DNA of 36,574 nucleotides from an uncultured Neisseria sp. (GTDB lineage Bacteria > Pseudomonadota > Gammaproteobacteria > Burkholderiales > Neisseriaceae). Positions within the stretch are counted from its first letter, which is position 1, and every line of letters begins with the position of its first letter. The stretch is from NCBI GenBank assembly GCA_937914605.1, contig CALDNV010000399.1:1-36574 (forward strand), written 5' to 3'. The notes beneath the pieces are model-generated. The model ran no database searches and was not told the origin of the DNA. It worked only from the letters and a program-made list of their open reading frames with translations. Of this stretch, positions 9,820 through 20,472 are shown one piece after another. The translations under genes and the position numbers were made by a program.

Positions 9820-10755
9820 ATGCACCCCATCCGCGAACCCATCCGCAGCGGCCTGCTGCAAGTATCGGACATCCATCAAATCTACTGGGAAGAATCCGGC
9901 AATCCCGACGGACTGCCCGTCATCTTCCTGCACGGCGGCCCGGGCGCGGGCGCATCGCCTGCCTGCCGCGGCTTTTTCAATCCCGACGTGTTCCGCATCG
10001 TCATCATCGACCAGCGCGGCTGCGGCCGTTCGCTGCCTTACGCCTGCACCGACGACAACACGACTTGGGACTTGGTTGCCGACATCGAAAAAGTCCGCGA
10101 AATGCTGGGTATACAAAAATGGCTGGTGTTCGGCGGCTCATGGGGCAGCACCTTGTCGCTGGCGTATGCTGAAACCCATCCCGAACGCGTTGCCGGACTC
10201 GTCTTGCGCGGGATATTTCTGTGCCGCCCGTCCGAAATGGCGTGGCTGGACGAAGCGGGCGGTGTCAGTCAGATTTATCCCGCGCAATGGCAGAAATTCC
10301 TCGCCCCTGTCGCCGAAGAAAAACGCGGCAGCCTGATTGCGGCGTATCACGAAATGCTGTTCGGCGAAGACGAAGCAGGTCGTCTGAAAGCCGCCAAAGC
10401 CTGGGCGGATTGGGAAAGCTACCTGATCCGCTTCGAGCCGCAAGACGTCGATGAAGACGCCTACCAATCGCTCGCCATCGCCCGTTTGGAAAACCATTAT
10501 TTCGTCAACGAAGGCTGGCTGAAAGGCGACAAAGCGATTTTGGCGAACACGGACAAAATCCGCCATATCCCGACCATCATCGTACAAGGGCGCTACGACT
10601 TATGCACCCCCATGCAAAGCGCGTGGGAACTGTCGCAGGCGCTCCCCGAAGCCGAACTGCGCGTGATTCAGGCGGGACACTCGTCGTTTGATCCGCCATT
10701 GGCAGCGGCGTTGGTGGAAGCGGTAGAGGATATGAGGAAACGCGCGGCGTGGTGA
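9820..10755 (+). CDS. pip: Proline iminopeptidase
   Basis: HGGPG oxyanion loop, DQRGCGRS, GGSWGS nucleophile, QGRYD and AGHS motifs. AGGAG RBS before ATG 9820. Confidence 0.96.
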   Translation: MHPIREPIRSGLLQVSDIHQIYWEESGNPDGLPVIFLHGGPGAGASPACRGFFNPDVFRIVIIDQRGCGRSLPYACTDDNTTWDLVADIEKVREMLGIQKWLVFGGSWGSTLSLAYAETHPERVAGLVLRGIFLCRPSEMAWLDEAGGVSQIYPAQWQKFLAPVAEEKRGSLIAAYHEMLFGEDEAGRLKAAKAWADWESYLIRFEPQDVDEDAYQSLAIARLENHYFVNEGWLKGDKAILANTDKIRHIPTIIVQGRYDLCTPMQSAWELSQALPEAELRVIQAGHSSFDPPLAAALVEAVEDMRKRAAW

Positions 10756-10779
10756 GACATGATTTGAAAGGACAAATTG

Positions 10780-11310
10780 ATGAAGAAGCTGTTTTTAATC
10801 GCGTTGGGCTTGGTAAGTTTTAATGTTTATGCCAACTGCCCCGGCAGGTATTTTCCTGATACTGGCATCTGTCAGATACAAGGACATAACGGGGAGGTTG
10901 TCAACTACAATGTGCCGCCTCCCCAATCAGGCAACAGCACTCCACCTCCGAAGAAAATCATCTACTACGACGTGAAAGTTCCTTCTAAGTTTGGGGCTTT
11001 GGCTTTCAGTGAAAAATCAGGTCATATCGGTGGTTCATTAAATCAAAACTCAAAAGCCGAGGCACAAAATGCAGCCATTAAGCAATGTGAGAAGGGGAGT
11101 AGAAATGCCCCATGTAAAGCGATCAGTTGGGTCAGAAACGGCTGTATTGCCGCTGCTTCAGGCAAATTGAAAAACCAAACTAGAGTAATTGGAGGTGCGG
11201 CAGAACACGGACTTGCAGAACAGGCTGCTATTACAAACTGCAAAAATGCAGGAATGACTGAATGCAAAGTTGTAATGCCCGAAGGCTGCTCCCTGCCTCA
11301 ATTGCAATAA
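10780..11310 (+). CDS. Secreted DUF4189-domain protein
   Basis: Sec signal peptide (…VYA/N), Pro-rich linker, then the FGALA…AIKQC…C…NGCIA…C…C…C pattern typical of DUF4189. Eight Cys in total. Visibly AT-richer than its neighbours. Confidence 0.8.
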   Translation: MKKLFLIALGLVSFNVYANCPGRYFPDTGICQIQGHNGEVVNYNVPPPQSGNSTPPPKKIIYYDVKVPSKFGALAFSEKSGHIGGSLNQNSKAEAQNAAIKQCEKGSRNAPCKAISWVRNGCIAAASGKLKNQTRVIGGAAEHGLAEQAAITNCKNAGMTECKVVMPEGCSLPQLQ

Positions 11311-11321
11311 TCAAATCCAGC

Positions 11322-11361
11322 AAAAAGGTCGTCTGAAAACAAGATTTCAGACGACCTTTTT
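11322..11361. terminator. Bidirectional mucDUS terminator
   Basis: DUS pair at 11326-11337 and 11346-11357 between convergent genes. Confidence 0.85.
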
Positions 11362-11414
11362 GCTACAAGCAATGTAATGCAACCGTTCGGGCGGGGTTTG
11401 GCGTTGATGCCCGC

Positions 11415-12218
11415 TTATTCGTACTCGGGGTAGAGCGGCATGGTGCCGGCTTCTTCGAAGGTCGAGTGTGCTTTGACTTCTTGCAGGCGGCGGCTGATGC
11501 GGCGGGTGACGGCTTCGGCTTCGTTTTGGTGGTCTATGGTCAGTCCGGGGACGGTTTTGCCGAAAAGTTCGGCATCGAGCAGGCGTTCGGCGTGGATGCC
11601 GGGGCGGTAGTTGTGTCTGACGGCGGGATCGCGTTCTTCAAAGAGGTAGCCGACGACGCTGTCGCGGGTCAGTGCGATGCCGAGTGCGGCATCTTCGCCG
11701 CCGAAGATTCGGAAGAGTTCGTCTTGCGGAAAGCCGCCGCAGGCGAGAAAGATGCTGCGGCGGAATACGGTGTTGCCGCCGACGGTCATTTGCAGCCGTT
11801 CCCATGCGGTGGGGAATTGCGGGTGGTTGAGGTAGTGTTCGGGAAAGCCGATCGGACGCAATTTGAGGCGGACCAGGCTGAGGTAGGAATAGGCTTCCAA
11901 GCCGAGGTAGGCGGCATTGAGGACGTTGTTTTCATAGACGTCGTCGGCGTCGAGGAAGGCGATGAAGTCGGCTTGGCTTTGCATGGCGCCCCAGTTGCGG
12001 GCTTTGGCGGCGCCGCCGTTTTCGAGCATGTATTCGCAGCGGACTTTGGGATGGATGGCGGCGAGGTCGCTCATGATAAGGCGTGTGTCGTCGATGGAGG
12101 CGTCGTCAATCAGCCAGACGTTTTCGACGGCGGGTTGGGAAACGGCGCTTTCGACAGCCGCTTGAAGGGTGGCGGCGGAGTTGTAGCAGGGGATGATGAC
12201 GTCTAGTGTGGGTCTCAT
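11415..12218 (-). CDS. Glycosyltransferase family 2 (GT-A fold)
   Basis: VIIPCYN, IDDASID, NGGAAKARNWG, FLDADD (DXD) and GGED motifs. Confidence 0.9.
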   Translation of the reverse strand: MRPTLDVIIPCYNSAATLQAAVESAVSQPAVENVWLIDDASIDDTRLIMSDLAAIHPKVRCEYMLENGGAAKARNWGAMQSQADFIAFLDADDVYENNVLNAAYLGLEAYSYLSLVRLKLRPIGFPEHYLNHPQFPTAWERLQMTVGGNTVFRRSIFLACGGFPQDELFRIFGGEDAALGIALTRDSVVGYLFEERDPAVRHNYRPGIHAERLLDAELFGKTVPGLTIDHQNEAEAVTRRISRRLQEVKAHSTFEEAGTMPLYPEYE

Positions 12219-12321
12219 AATGTGATGCTTTAAGGGGTTGTTGTGTCAAACGGTGGGGAAAGGTCGTCTGAAAACGGGATATTGGGTTTTCAGACGACCT
12301 TTTAGTATTGCCTGATGCGGA

Positions 12322-13515
12322 TTACAACACTTTCACGATGCTTTCGCACAGGTAGTCGATGTTGTCATCAGTAATGCCGGCGACGTTGATGCGGCCGGAG
12401 CGCACGGCGTAGATGGCGAATTCGTTTTTCAGGCGGTCGACTTGTTCGGGCGTGAGGCTGCTGAAGGAGAACATGCCGTTTTGTTCGATGATGAAGTCGA
12501 AGTCTTGATTTGCGCCTTTGGCTTTGAGCAGTTCGACGAATTTTTGGCGCATGGCTTTGATGCGGCCGCGCATTTCGTCGAGTTCGGCAATCCATTGTGC
12601 TTTCAAATCCGCGTCTTTCAACACGAGGGCGATGGTATTCGCGCCGTGGGAGGCAGGGTTGGAGTAGAGGGTGCGGATGATGGTTTTGACTTGGCTGTGG
12701 GCGCGGGCGGCGGTTGCTTCGTCTTCTGCGACTAAGGTAAACGCGCCGACGCGTTCGTTGTACATGCCGAAGTTTTTGGAATAGGAGCTGGCGATGAGCA
12801 ATTCTTTGTTGTATTTCAAGAAAGTGCGCAAGCCGTATGCGTCTTCTTCGAGTCCGTTGCCGAAGCCTTGGTAGGCGAAGTCAAACAGGGGCAGCCAGCC
12901 TTTTTCGGCGGAGAGTTTGGCGAGGGTTTCCCATTGTTCGGGCGTGGGGTCGATGCCGGTGGGGTTGTGGCAGCAGCCGTGCAAGAGGACGACGTCGCCT
13001 TTTTGCGCTTGGCCAAGGTCTTCAATCATGCCGTCCCAGTCTAAGCCGTGTTTGACGGCGTCGTAGTAGCGGTAGGGCTTGTCTTGGATGCCGACGGCTT
13101 TGAAGATGGCGTTGTGGTTGGGCCATGTGGGGTTGGAAATCCAGACGGTTTGTGCGTTCAACTGGCGTTTGGCGAACTCGGCGGCAATACGCAATGCGCC
13201 TGTACCGCCGAGGCTTTGGGCGGTTTTGGCGCGGCGGCTGGCGACGATTTCGTGGTCTGCGCCAAAGAGGAGGATTTGGGTTTGTTCGTTGTAGTCGGCA
13301 ACGCCGTCGATGGTGAGGTAGTTTTTGGTGGTCTCGCTCTCGAGCAGGCGTTTTTCGGCTTCTTTGACGGCTTTGACGATGGGGGTCGCGCCGGATGCGT
13401 CTTTATAAACGCCGATGCCGAGGTTGACTTTTTCGGGACGGGTTTCGGCTTTGAATGCTTCGCCCAAGCCTAAGATGGGGTCTGCGGGGGCGGCTTCGAT
13501 GTGATTGAAGAACAT
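12322..13515 (-). CDS. aspC: Aspartate/aromatic amino acid aminotransferase
   Basis: [42 protein letters not shown] (PLP Lys) and GRINVAG. Start at MFFNH. Confidence 0.93.
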   Translation of the reverse strand: MFFNHIEAAPADPILGLGEAFKAETRPEKVNLGIGVYKDASGATPIVKAVKEAEKRLLESETTKNYLTIDGVADYNEQTQILLFGADHEIVASRRAKTAQSLGGTGALRIAAEFAKRQLNAQTVWISNPTWPNHNAIFKAVGIQDKPYRYYDAVKHGLDWDGMIEDLGQAQKGDVVLLHGCCHNPTGIDPTPEQWETLAKLSAEKGWLPLFDFAYQGFGNGLEEDAYGLRTFLKYNKELLIASSYSKNFGMYNERVGAFTLVAEDEATAARAHSQVKTIIRTLYSNPASHGANTIALVLKDADLKAQWIAELDEMRGRIKAMRQKFVELLKAKGANQDFDFIIEQNGMFSFSSLTPEQVDRLKNEFAIYAVRSGRINVAGITDDNIDYLCESIVKVL

Positions 13516-13618
13516 GATTTCTCGCTTTGCAAAAATGAAGGGACGGGATATTTCTTTTGGGATTTTACGCTGTTTCAGGTCGTCTGAAAATGAATGCGGC
13601 AGGTTTTGTCGCAACGGA

Positions 13619-14029
13619 CTACATCATGCTTTTGATACCGGCAAGGATGATGCCGTAGCGCAGGATTTTTCCGGTCAGGAGCATGAGTGCGGAGGTGTAG
13701 GGGTTGAGCCTGAGCCAGCCTGCGGCAATGGGCAGCGCGTCGCCGATAATGGGCAGCCAGGCAAACAAAAGGGGCAGGGTGCCACAGCGTTGGAGTAGGC
13801 GCAGGGTCTTTTCAGACGACCTTTTCTTAGACGGAATCAGTCGCCCCATCCAATAGGAAACCATGCTGCCCAAACCGTTTGCCAGTCCGGCGCACAACCA
13901 CGCGCCGTATGCCTGTTCGGGATAGTTGTAGATAAACGTGGCGAAGGCGGCTTCGGATGTGCCCGGTAGGATGGTGGCGGAGGTAAAGGCGGAGGCGGCG
14001 AGTCCAAGATAGGCGTAAATGAGGGGCAT
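13619..14029 (-). CDS. YqaA/DedA (VTT domain) membrane protein
   Basis: [27 protein letters not shown] and WLPIIGDAL motifs. Confidence 0.88.
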   Translation of the reverse strand: MPLIYAYLGLAASAFTSATILPGTSEAAFATFIYNYPEQAYGAWLCAGLANGLGSMVSYWMGRLIPSKKRSSEKTLRLLQRCGTLPLLFAWLPIIGDALPIAAGWLRLNPYTSALMLLTGKILRYGIILAGIKSMM

Positions 14030-14286
14030 GGCGGAGAAGTTTGCGTCAGGTCGAAGGTCGTCTGAAATAAGATTTTAAGTCGTTTGTGGGTAGGTTTCTT
14101 GTGAAATTCAGACTGATTCTGTCTATAAAAATGCTTTATCGGACAGAATCTTGCTGAAACTCGATGTAGTCGGCGTGTTTTCAGTGTTTGCAAGAATGGC
14201 AAAAGCCAGTATGATTCAGCCCGTTATTAACGGATATTAACTGTTTGTACGGTCAATTCCAATAAATCTAAATCGAAAGGCAAATC

Positions 14287-15510
14287 ATGTCTACGCCATC
14301 ACAACAAAACCATAATTCCGCGCTGGTCGTCCTGACCGCGCTCTTCTTCATGATGGGTTTCATTACCTGCATGAACGACATCTTGATTCCGCATCTGCAA
14401 AAAATTTTCACGCTAACCAATGTTCAGGCGATGCTGGTTCAGTTCTGTTTCTTTACCGCCTATGCCATCATGTCGATTCCGATGGGGCATCTCGTCGGTA
14501 AAATCGGCTATAAAAACGGCGTTATCGGCGGCTTCTTGCTGACTGCCGTCGGATGCTTGTTGTTTTATCCTGCCGCAGACAGCCAATCTTACCCGACTTT
14601 CTTGGGCGCGCTCTTCATTCTTGCTTCGGGCGTAACCCTGTTGCAGGTTTCGGGTAATCCGTATGTAACCCTGCTGGCGAAACCGGGCAAAGAATCTGCA
14701 ACGCTGACTTTGGTGCAGGCATTCAATTCATTGGGTACGACTATTGCTCCGAAAATCGGTTCACTGCTCATTCTTACAGATGCGGCTCAGAAAGCCAGCA
14801 AAGCCGAGCAAATTGCTTCCGTCCAAATCCCTTATTTGGGTTTGGCGGGATTGTTGATCCTCCTCGCCGTTTTCGTAAAAATGATCCGTCTGCCCGATGC
14901 ACGCAAAATTGCCGTTGAGGAAAGCGAACACAATCACGACGACAAACACAACGTGTGGCAATACAAACACCTTGTTTTCGGTATGGTCGGCATTTTCTGC
15001 TACGTTGGCGCGGAAGTATCCATCGGCGCTTTCATGGTCAATATTTTGGGCTTCCTGAAAGGATTGAGTCATGCCGAAGGTGCGGATATGTTGGTGTATT
15101 ACTGGGGTGGTGCAATGGTCGGACGCTTCCTCGGTTCGGCGGTCATGGCAAGAATCGCGCCTAACCGTTACCTTGCCTTTAATGCCTCAGTTGCCACTGC
15201 CTTGCTCGTCATTGCCATCATGGTTGGTAAAGGAAATGCCGACGTCGCCATGTGGGCGTTGATTGCCATCGGTTTTTTCAACTCCATTATGTTCCCGACC
15301 ATCTTCTCGCTGGCAACCAAAAATCTTGGTAAATTCACCAATTCTGCTTCAGGTATTCTTTGTACAGCCATCGTTGGCGGCGCGCTGGTTCCTGTCTTGC
15401 AAGGTAAGATCGCCGATGATTTCGGTATGATGATTTCTTATGTTGCACCTGCCGTGTGCTACCTCTACATCGTCTTCTTTGCCCTCAAAGGTTATAAAGC
15501 CGACGAGTAA
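14287..15510 (+). CDS. gluP: Glucose/galactose MFS transporter (FucP family)
   Basis: FFMMGFITCMND, LQVSGNPYV, QAFNSLGT, YVGAEV and NSIMFPTIF motifs. Confidence 0.92.
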   Translation: MSTPSQQNHNSALVVLTALFFMMGFITCMNDILIPHLQKIFTLTNVQAMLVQFCFFTAYAIMSIPMGHLVGKIGYKNGVIGGFLLTAVGCLLFYPAADSQSYPTFLGALFILASGVTLLQVSGNPYVTLLAKPGKESATLTLVQAFNSLGTTIAPKIGSLLILTDAAQKASKAEQIASVQIPYLGLAGLLILLAVFVKMIRLPDARKIAVEESEHNHDDKHNVWQYKHLVFGMVGIFCYVGAEVSIGAFMVNILGFLKGLSHAEGADMLVYYWGGAMVGRFLGSAVMARIAPNRYLAFNASVATALLVIAIMVGKGNADVAMWALIAIGFFNSIMFPTIFSLATKNLGKFTNSASGILCTAIVGGALVPVLQGKIADDFGMMISYVAPAVCYLYIVFFALKGYKADE

Positions 15511-15739
15511 CATGGTTTGAACATAAGGTCGTCTGAAAACTTGGAAATCAGGTTTTCAGACGACCTTTTTGCTTTGCGGCGGACTTGTAAACCTGATCCG
15601 CCCAAACCGAGGTCGTCTGAAAATACGGCAACAGATTTTAACCGGAGCTTAAACCCGTTTTCAAAAGACAAAATGCGTCCGCAATACGGTCTGACTGACT
15701 TATGGCATAATGCTATCGGCAAAAATACAGGAGGTCTTC

Positions 15740-16372
15740 ATGTCGAAAATCATCTTATTACACGGACTGCACATGCACTCTTGGGTGATGAAACCTTTAG
15801 CGGATATGCTGGCAAAGCAAGGCTTTGACGTTGCTCTGTTCGGTTACTACAGCGTCTGGCACACCATGCCGCAGCACACGCAGGCGTTGGCGGAATTTGT
15901 TGAAAAACACGATACGGGCGAGCCTCTGCATTTTGCCGGACACAGTCTGGGTGGGCTGGTGTTGCGCCACTTTGCCGCCGCCCATCCCGAAAAAATTACC
16001 GGACGCATCGTTACCTTCGGCACGCCCCACCAAGGCAGCCGGGCGGCGCAAAGGGTGTTCCGGCTCGGGTTGAAAACCCCCGTACTCGGCGGCGCTTATC
16101 GCGATGCGCTCGACGGCGGCACGCCCGATCTGCCCGAACATATCGAATTGGGCAGCATCGCCGGCAACAAGCCGCTCGGGCTGGGGCGCGTATTGGGTTT
16201 GCACGGCGAACACGACGGTACGGTTTTGGTCAGCGAAACCCGCTGTCCGAATATGCGCGACCACGTTATCTTGCCCGTCAGCCACAGCGGTATGCTGTTT
16301 AAACACATTACCGCCGAGCAGACCGCAACATTTTTGCGTGAAGGGCAGTTTAATCATGATAAAAAGAAATAA
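15740..16372 (+). CDS. Alpha/beta hydrolase (lipase/esterase-like)
   Basis: LLHGL, GHSLGG nucleophile elbow, GTPHQGS, HDGTV and SH motifs. GGAGG RBS before ATG 15740. Confidence 0.87.
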   Translation: MSKIILLHGLHMHSWVMKPLADMLAKQGFDVALFGYYSVWHTMPQHTQALAEFVEKHDTGEPLHFAGHSLGGLVLRHFAAAHPEKITGRIVTFGTPHQGSRAAQRVFRLGLKTPVLGGAYRDALDGGTPDLPEHIELGSIAGNKPLGLGRVLGLHGEHDGTVLVSETRCPNMRDHVILPVSHSGMLFKHITAEQTATFLREGQFNHDKKK

Positions 16373-16552
16373 TACGGCTGTATTTTGAAAATAAGGATAT
16401 TTTGTTTCAAAAAATCAAATTTAAAACCATATCGCATCAACTAAAATCCGTTATTACATTCATAAAAAATCACGGGGTCGTCTGAAAAGCGGTTTTTCAG
16501 ACGACCCCGTGTGCTAAACTTCGTTAAATACACACAAAACAGGCAAAGCAAT

Positions 16553-17941
16553 ATGTTTGCATTCAAATCACTGCTCGATATGCCGCGCAAAGAGGCGCTT
16601 GCCGTCGTTGCGGCGTTAATCGGAGCGATGGGTTATACCATCATTTCGCTGGGCTGGCTGCCCCATATGTCCATCATCGCCGCCATTACCGTCCTCATCC
16701 TCTACGGCCTCGCGCGCGGGTTGAAATATAACGATATGCAAAAAGGCATGGTCGGCGCGGTGGGGCAGGGCATGGGCGCGATTTACCTGTTTTTCTTCAT
16801 CGGGCTGATGGTCAGCGCGCTGATGATGAGCGGCGCGATTCCGACGCTGATGTATTACGGTTTCGGGCTGATTTCCCCCACTTATTTCTATTTCTCCGCC
16901 TTTGCGCTCTGTTCCGTCATCGGCGTGTCCATCGGCAGCAGTTTGACCACTTGCGCCACCGTCGGCGTTGCCTTTATGGGCATGGCGGCGGCGTTTCATG
17001 CCGATTTGGCGATGACGGCGGGTGCGATTGTTTCCGGCGCGTTCTTCGGCGACAAAATGTCCCCGCTCTCCGATACCACGGGCATTTCCGCCTCCATCGT
17101 CGGCATTGATTTGTTCGAACACATCAAAAACATGATGTACACCACCATTCCCGCGTGGCTCATCAGCGCAGCATTGATGCTGTGGCTCTTGCCCAATGTT
17201 GCCGCCCACGATTTGAACAGCGTCGAATCCTTCCGCAGCCAGCTCGAAGCGACGGGCTTGGTACACGGCTATTCGCTGGTTCCGTTTGCGCTGTTGGTCG
17301 TGCTGGCGCTGTTGCGCATCAACGCCGTCGTCGCCATGCTCTTCACCATCCTTGCCGCGCTTGCGGTAACTTATTTCCACAGCACGCCCGACTTGAACCA
17401 GCTCGGCACATGGTTTTACGGTGGCTACAAACTCGAAGGCGAAGCGTTTCAAGACATCGCCAAACTCATTTCGCGCGGCGGTTTGGAAAGCATGTTCTTC
17501 ACGCAAACCATCGTGATTCTCGGCATGAGTTTGGGCGGATTATTGTTTACGCTCGGCGTGATTCCGTCGCTGCTGGACGCCATCCGCGCGTTCCTGACTA
17601 CCGCCGGACGTGCCACCTTCAGCGTTGCCGCCACGTCGGTCGGCGTCAATTTCCTCATCGGCGAACAATATTTGAGTATTTTGCTTTCCGGCGAAACCTT
17701 CAAACCCGTGTACGACAAACTTGGTCTGCATTCGCGCAACCTTTCGCGCACGCTGGAAGACGCGGGTACGGTCATCAATCCGCTTGTGCCGTGGAGCGTC
17801 TGCGGCGTGTTCATCAGCCACGCCCTCGGCGTACCCGTCTGGGAATACCTGCCTTATGCCTTCTTCTGCTATCTGAGCCTGATTTTGACGCTGCTGTTCG
17901 GCTGGACGGGTCTGACGTTGAGCAAGAAAGAAACCGCGTAA
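16553..17941 (+). CDS. nhaC: Na+/H+ antiporter NhaC family
   Basis: GAIVSGAFFGDKMSPLSDTT and SRTLEDAGTVINPLVPW motifs. Confidence 0.9.
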   Translation: MFAFKSLLDMPRKEALAVVAALIGAMGYTIISLGWLPHMSIIAAITVLILYGLARGLKYNDMQKGMVGAVGQGMGAIYLFFFIGLMVSALMMSGAIPTLMYYGFGLISPTYFYFSAFALCSVIGVSIGSSLTTCATVGVAFMGMAAAFHADLAMTAGAIVSGAFFGDKMSPLSDTTGISASIVGIDLFEHIKNMMYTTIPAWLISAALMLWLLPNVAAHDLNSVESFRSQLEATGLVHGYSLVPFALLVVLALLRINAVVAMLFTILAALAVTYFHSTPDLNQLGTWFYGGYKLEGEAFQDIAKLISRGGLESMFFTQTIVILGMSLGGLLFTLGVIPSLLDAIRAFLTTAGRATFSVAATSVGVNFLIGEQYLSILLSGETFKPVYDKLGLHSRNLSRTLEDAGTVINPLVPWSVCGVFISHALGVPVWEYLPYAFFCYLSLILTLLFGWTGLTLSKKETA

Positions 17942-18053
17942 AGCAGCGGGATAGACGGGTCGTCTGAAAACCTTCGGCATAGGTTTTCAGACGACCTTTT
18001 GCGTTATAATCGGGCAAACGATAAAGACACACACCAATCCTACCCATACCCCC

Positions 18054-18686
18054 ATGAACAAACAGATCCGCCAAGAAATTTTCGAGCGTTTCCGCGCTGC
18101 CAATCCCCATCCGACCACCGAGCTTCATTTCAATTCGCCCTTCGAGCTTTTGATTGCCGTTTTGCTGTCGGCGCAGGCGACCGACGTGGGCGTGAATAAG
18201 GCGACGGCAAAGCTGTTTCCGGTTGCCAATACGCCGCAGGCGATGCTGGATTTGGGTTTGGACGGCGTGATGGAGTACACGAAAACCATCGGACTTTATA
18301 AAACCAAGTCCAAACACATCATGCAGACTTGCCACATCCTGCTGGAAAAATACAACGGCGAAGTACCGGAAGACCGCGAGGCTTTGGAATCGTTGCCGGG
18401 CGTGGGGCGAAAGACGGCAAACGTGGTGTTGAATACGGCGTTCGGTCATCCTGTTATGGCGGTCGATACGCATATCTTCAGGGTGTCCAACCGTACCAAA
18501 ATCGCGCCGGGCAAGGATGTGCGCGAGGTGGAGGACAAGCTGATGCGCTTTGTGCCGAAAGAGTTTCTGATGGATGCGCATCATTGGCTGATTCTGCACG
18601 GGCGCTACACCTGCAAGGCGCAGAAGCCGCAATGCGGGAAGTGCATCATTAATGATTTGTGCGAGTATGGCGCGAAGTTGATGTAA
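18054..18686 (+). CDS. nth: Endonuclease III
   Basis: LLSAQATD, helix-hairpin-helix LPGVGRKTANVVL, AVDTH and an Fe-S motif C-x6-C-x2-C-x5-C. Confidence 0.97.
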   Translation: MNKQIRQEIFERFRAANPHPTTELHFNSPFELLIAVLLSAQATDVGVNKATAKLFPVANTPQAMLDLGLDGVMEYTKTIGLYKTKSKHIMQTCHILLEKYNGEVPEDREALESLPGVGRKTANVVLNTAFGHPVMAVDTHIFRVSNRTKIAPGKDVREVEDKLMRFVPKEFLMDAHHWLILHGRYTCKAQKPQCGKCIINDLCEYGAKLM

Positions 18687-18907
18687 ACATTGATAAATTG
18701 TAAACAATCAACAAAACAACCTTTCTATCAGGTTAAAATTTCTGACGGCATTTTTTTATTTAAAATGAAATGCTTGAAAAAATATGGGCAAAAGGTAAAA
18801 TTCGACCTTATCGGGTTGGAAAACGATAAAAGTTTCAGACGACCCCGGTTTTTAAGATGCAAGAACATAATCCGTTATTCGGAAAAGGAAACGCGGTGCG
18901 CGAAAAA

Positions 18908-20410
18908 ATGAAAAAATACAGATACTTTGCTTTGGTAACAGCTTCTGCGCTGGCTTTGGGCGGCTGCGACAAAATCAGCAGCTTCTTCGGCGGCGACAGC
19001 AAAAGCGAAGAATTCGTACAGAGAATCGAACCCTCCAAAAATGACGGCAGCGTCGGTATGCTGCTGCCCGATTTCGCACAATTGGTGCAAAACGAAGGTC
19101 AGGCGGTGGTCAATATCCAAGCGTCCCCTGCCGGACGTGCCGCAGGCAGCGGGCAGTCTGAAGAGCAGGGCATGGATTTGAGCCAATTCCCTGACAACGA
19201 CCCGTTTTACGAGTTTTTCAAACGCCTTGTTCCGAATATGCCCGATATGCCGGAAGACCAGTCTGCCGACGAGGATTTGAACTTCGGCTCCGGCTTCATC
19301 ATCAGTAAAGACGGCTATATCCTGACCAATACCCACGTCGTCGCCGGCATGGGCAATATCAAAGTCCTGCTCAACGACAAACGCGAATACACCGCCAAGC
19401 TGATCGGATCGGATACGCAATCCGATGTCGCGTTGCTGAAGATTGACGCTTCGGAAGAGTTGCCCGTCGTCAAAATCGGCAATCCGAAAGATTTGAAACC
19501 GGGCGAGTGGGTTGCCGCCATCGGTGCGCCGTTCGGCTTTGACAACAGCGTTACTTCGGGCATCGTGTCCGCCAAAGGACGCAGCCTGCCGAACGAAAGC
19601 TACACGCCTTTCATCCAAACCGACGTTGCCATCAATCCGGGTAACTCCGGCGGTCCGCTGTTTAACCTGAAAGGTCAGGTGGTCGGCATCAACTCTCAAA
19701 TTTACAGCCGCAGCGGCGGATTTATGGGCATTTCCTTCGCGATTCCGATTGATGTGGCGATGAATGTTGCCGAGCAGTTGAAAACCAGCGGTAAGGTTCA
19801 GCGCGGTCAGTTGGGCGTGATTATTCAGGAAGTGTCTTACGATCTGGCGAAATCGTTCGGCTTGGACAAAGCCAGCGGCGCGTTGATTGCCAAAGTGATG
19901 CCGAACAGCCCTGCCATGCAGGCAGGATTGCAAGTGGGCGACATCGTCCGCAGCGTCAACGGCGAAGAAGTGCGCGTTTCCAGCGATTTGCCGGTCATGG
20001 TCGGCTCGATGCTGCCGGGTAAGGAAGTTTCGCTGGAGGTATGGCGCAAAGGCGAGAAAATCAATGTGAAAGTCAAACTCGGCAGCATGGCGGAGCAGAA
20101 CGAAACGTCTTCACGCGCTACCGAGCAGCCGCAGCAGGCAAATCCGGCGGACGGCTTTACTGTCGATAATACGGGACTGACCCTGCGCGTCGATGAAGGT
20201 GCAGGCAAAAGCCGCCTGATTGTTTCCCGCGTCAGTGGCGCGGCGGAACGTGCCGGACTCAAACGCGGTGACGAAATCCTCGCCGTCAGCCAAATCAGCG
20301 TCAACGACGAATCGAGCTTCCGCAGCGCGTTGGCAGGTGCGGGCAAAAATGTGCCGCTGCTGGTTCAGCGCGACGGCAATACGCTTTTCCTCGCCCTGAC
20401 CCTGCAATAA
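18908..20410 (+). CDS. DegP/DegQ/MucD-family serine protease with two PDZ domains, lipoprotein
   Basis: TNTHV, SDVALL and GNSGGP catalytic triad motifs. Signal MKKYRYFALVTASALALGG-C carries a lipobox. Confidence 0.93.
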   Translation: MKKYRYFALVTASALALGGCDKISSFFGGDSKSEEFVQRIEPSKNDGSVGMLLPDFAQLVQNEGQAVVNIQASPAGRAAGSGQSEEQGMDLSQFPDNDPFYEFFKRLVPNMPDMPEDQSADEDLNFGSGFIISKDGYILTNTHVVAGMGNIKVLLNDKREYTAKLIGSDTQSDVALLKIDASEELPVVKIGNPKDLKPGEWVAAIGAPFGFDNSVTSGIVSAKGRSLPNESYTPFIQTDVAINPGNSGGPLFNLKGQVVGINSQIYSRSGGFMGISFAIPIDVAMNVAEQLKTSGKVQRGQLGVIIQEVSYDLAKSFGLDKASGALIAKVMPNSPAMQAGLQVGDIVRSVNGEEVRVSSDLPVMVGSMLPGKEVSLEVWRKGEKINVKVKLGSMAEQNETSSRATEQPQQANPADGFTVDNTGLTLRVDEGAGKSRLIVSRVSGAAERAGLKRGDEILAVSQISVNDESSFRSALAGAGKNVPLLVQRDGNTLFLALTLQ

Positions 20411-20439
20411 GGTGCAACGCAAGCGCCATTCAATGATAG

Positions 20440-20472
20440 AATACCCGCCATCCTAAGGTGGCGGGTATTTTG
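20440..20472 (+). terminator. Intrinsic terminator (non-DUS) after the degP-like gene
   Basis: AATACCCGCCAT…GTGGCGGGTATT stem followed by a T-run. Confidence 0.75.

Noticed and set aside
18908..18970. Lipid-anchored DegP as a novelty
   Set aside because: As I recall, the Neisseria HtrA/DegQ orthologue is normally a lipoprotein, so this is expected.
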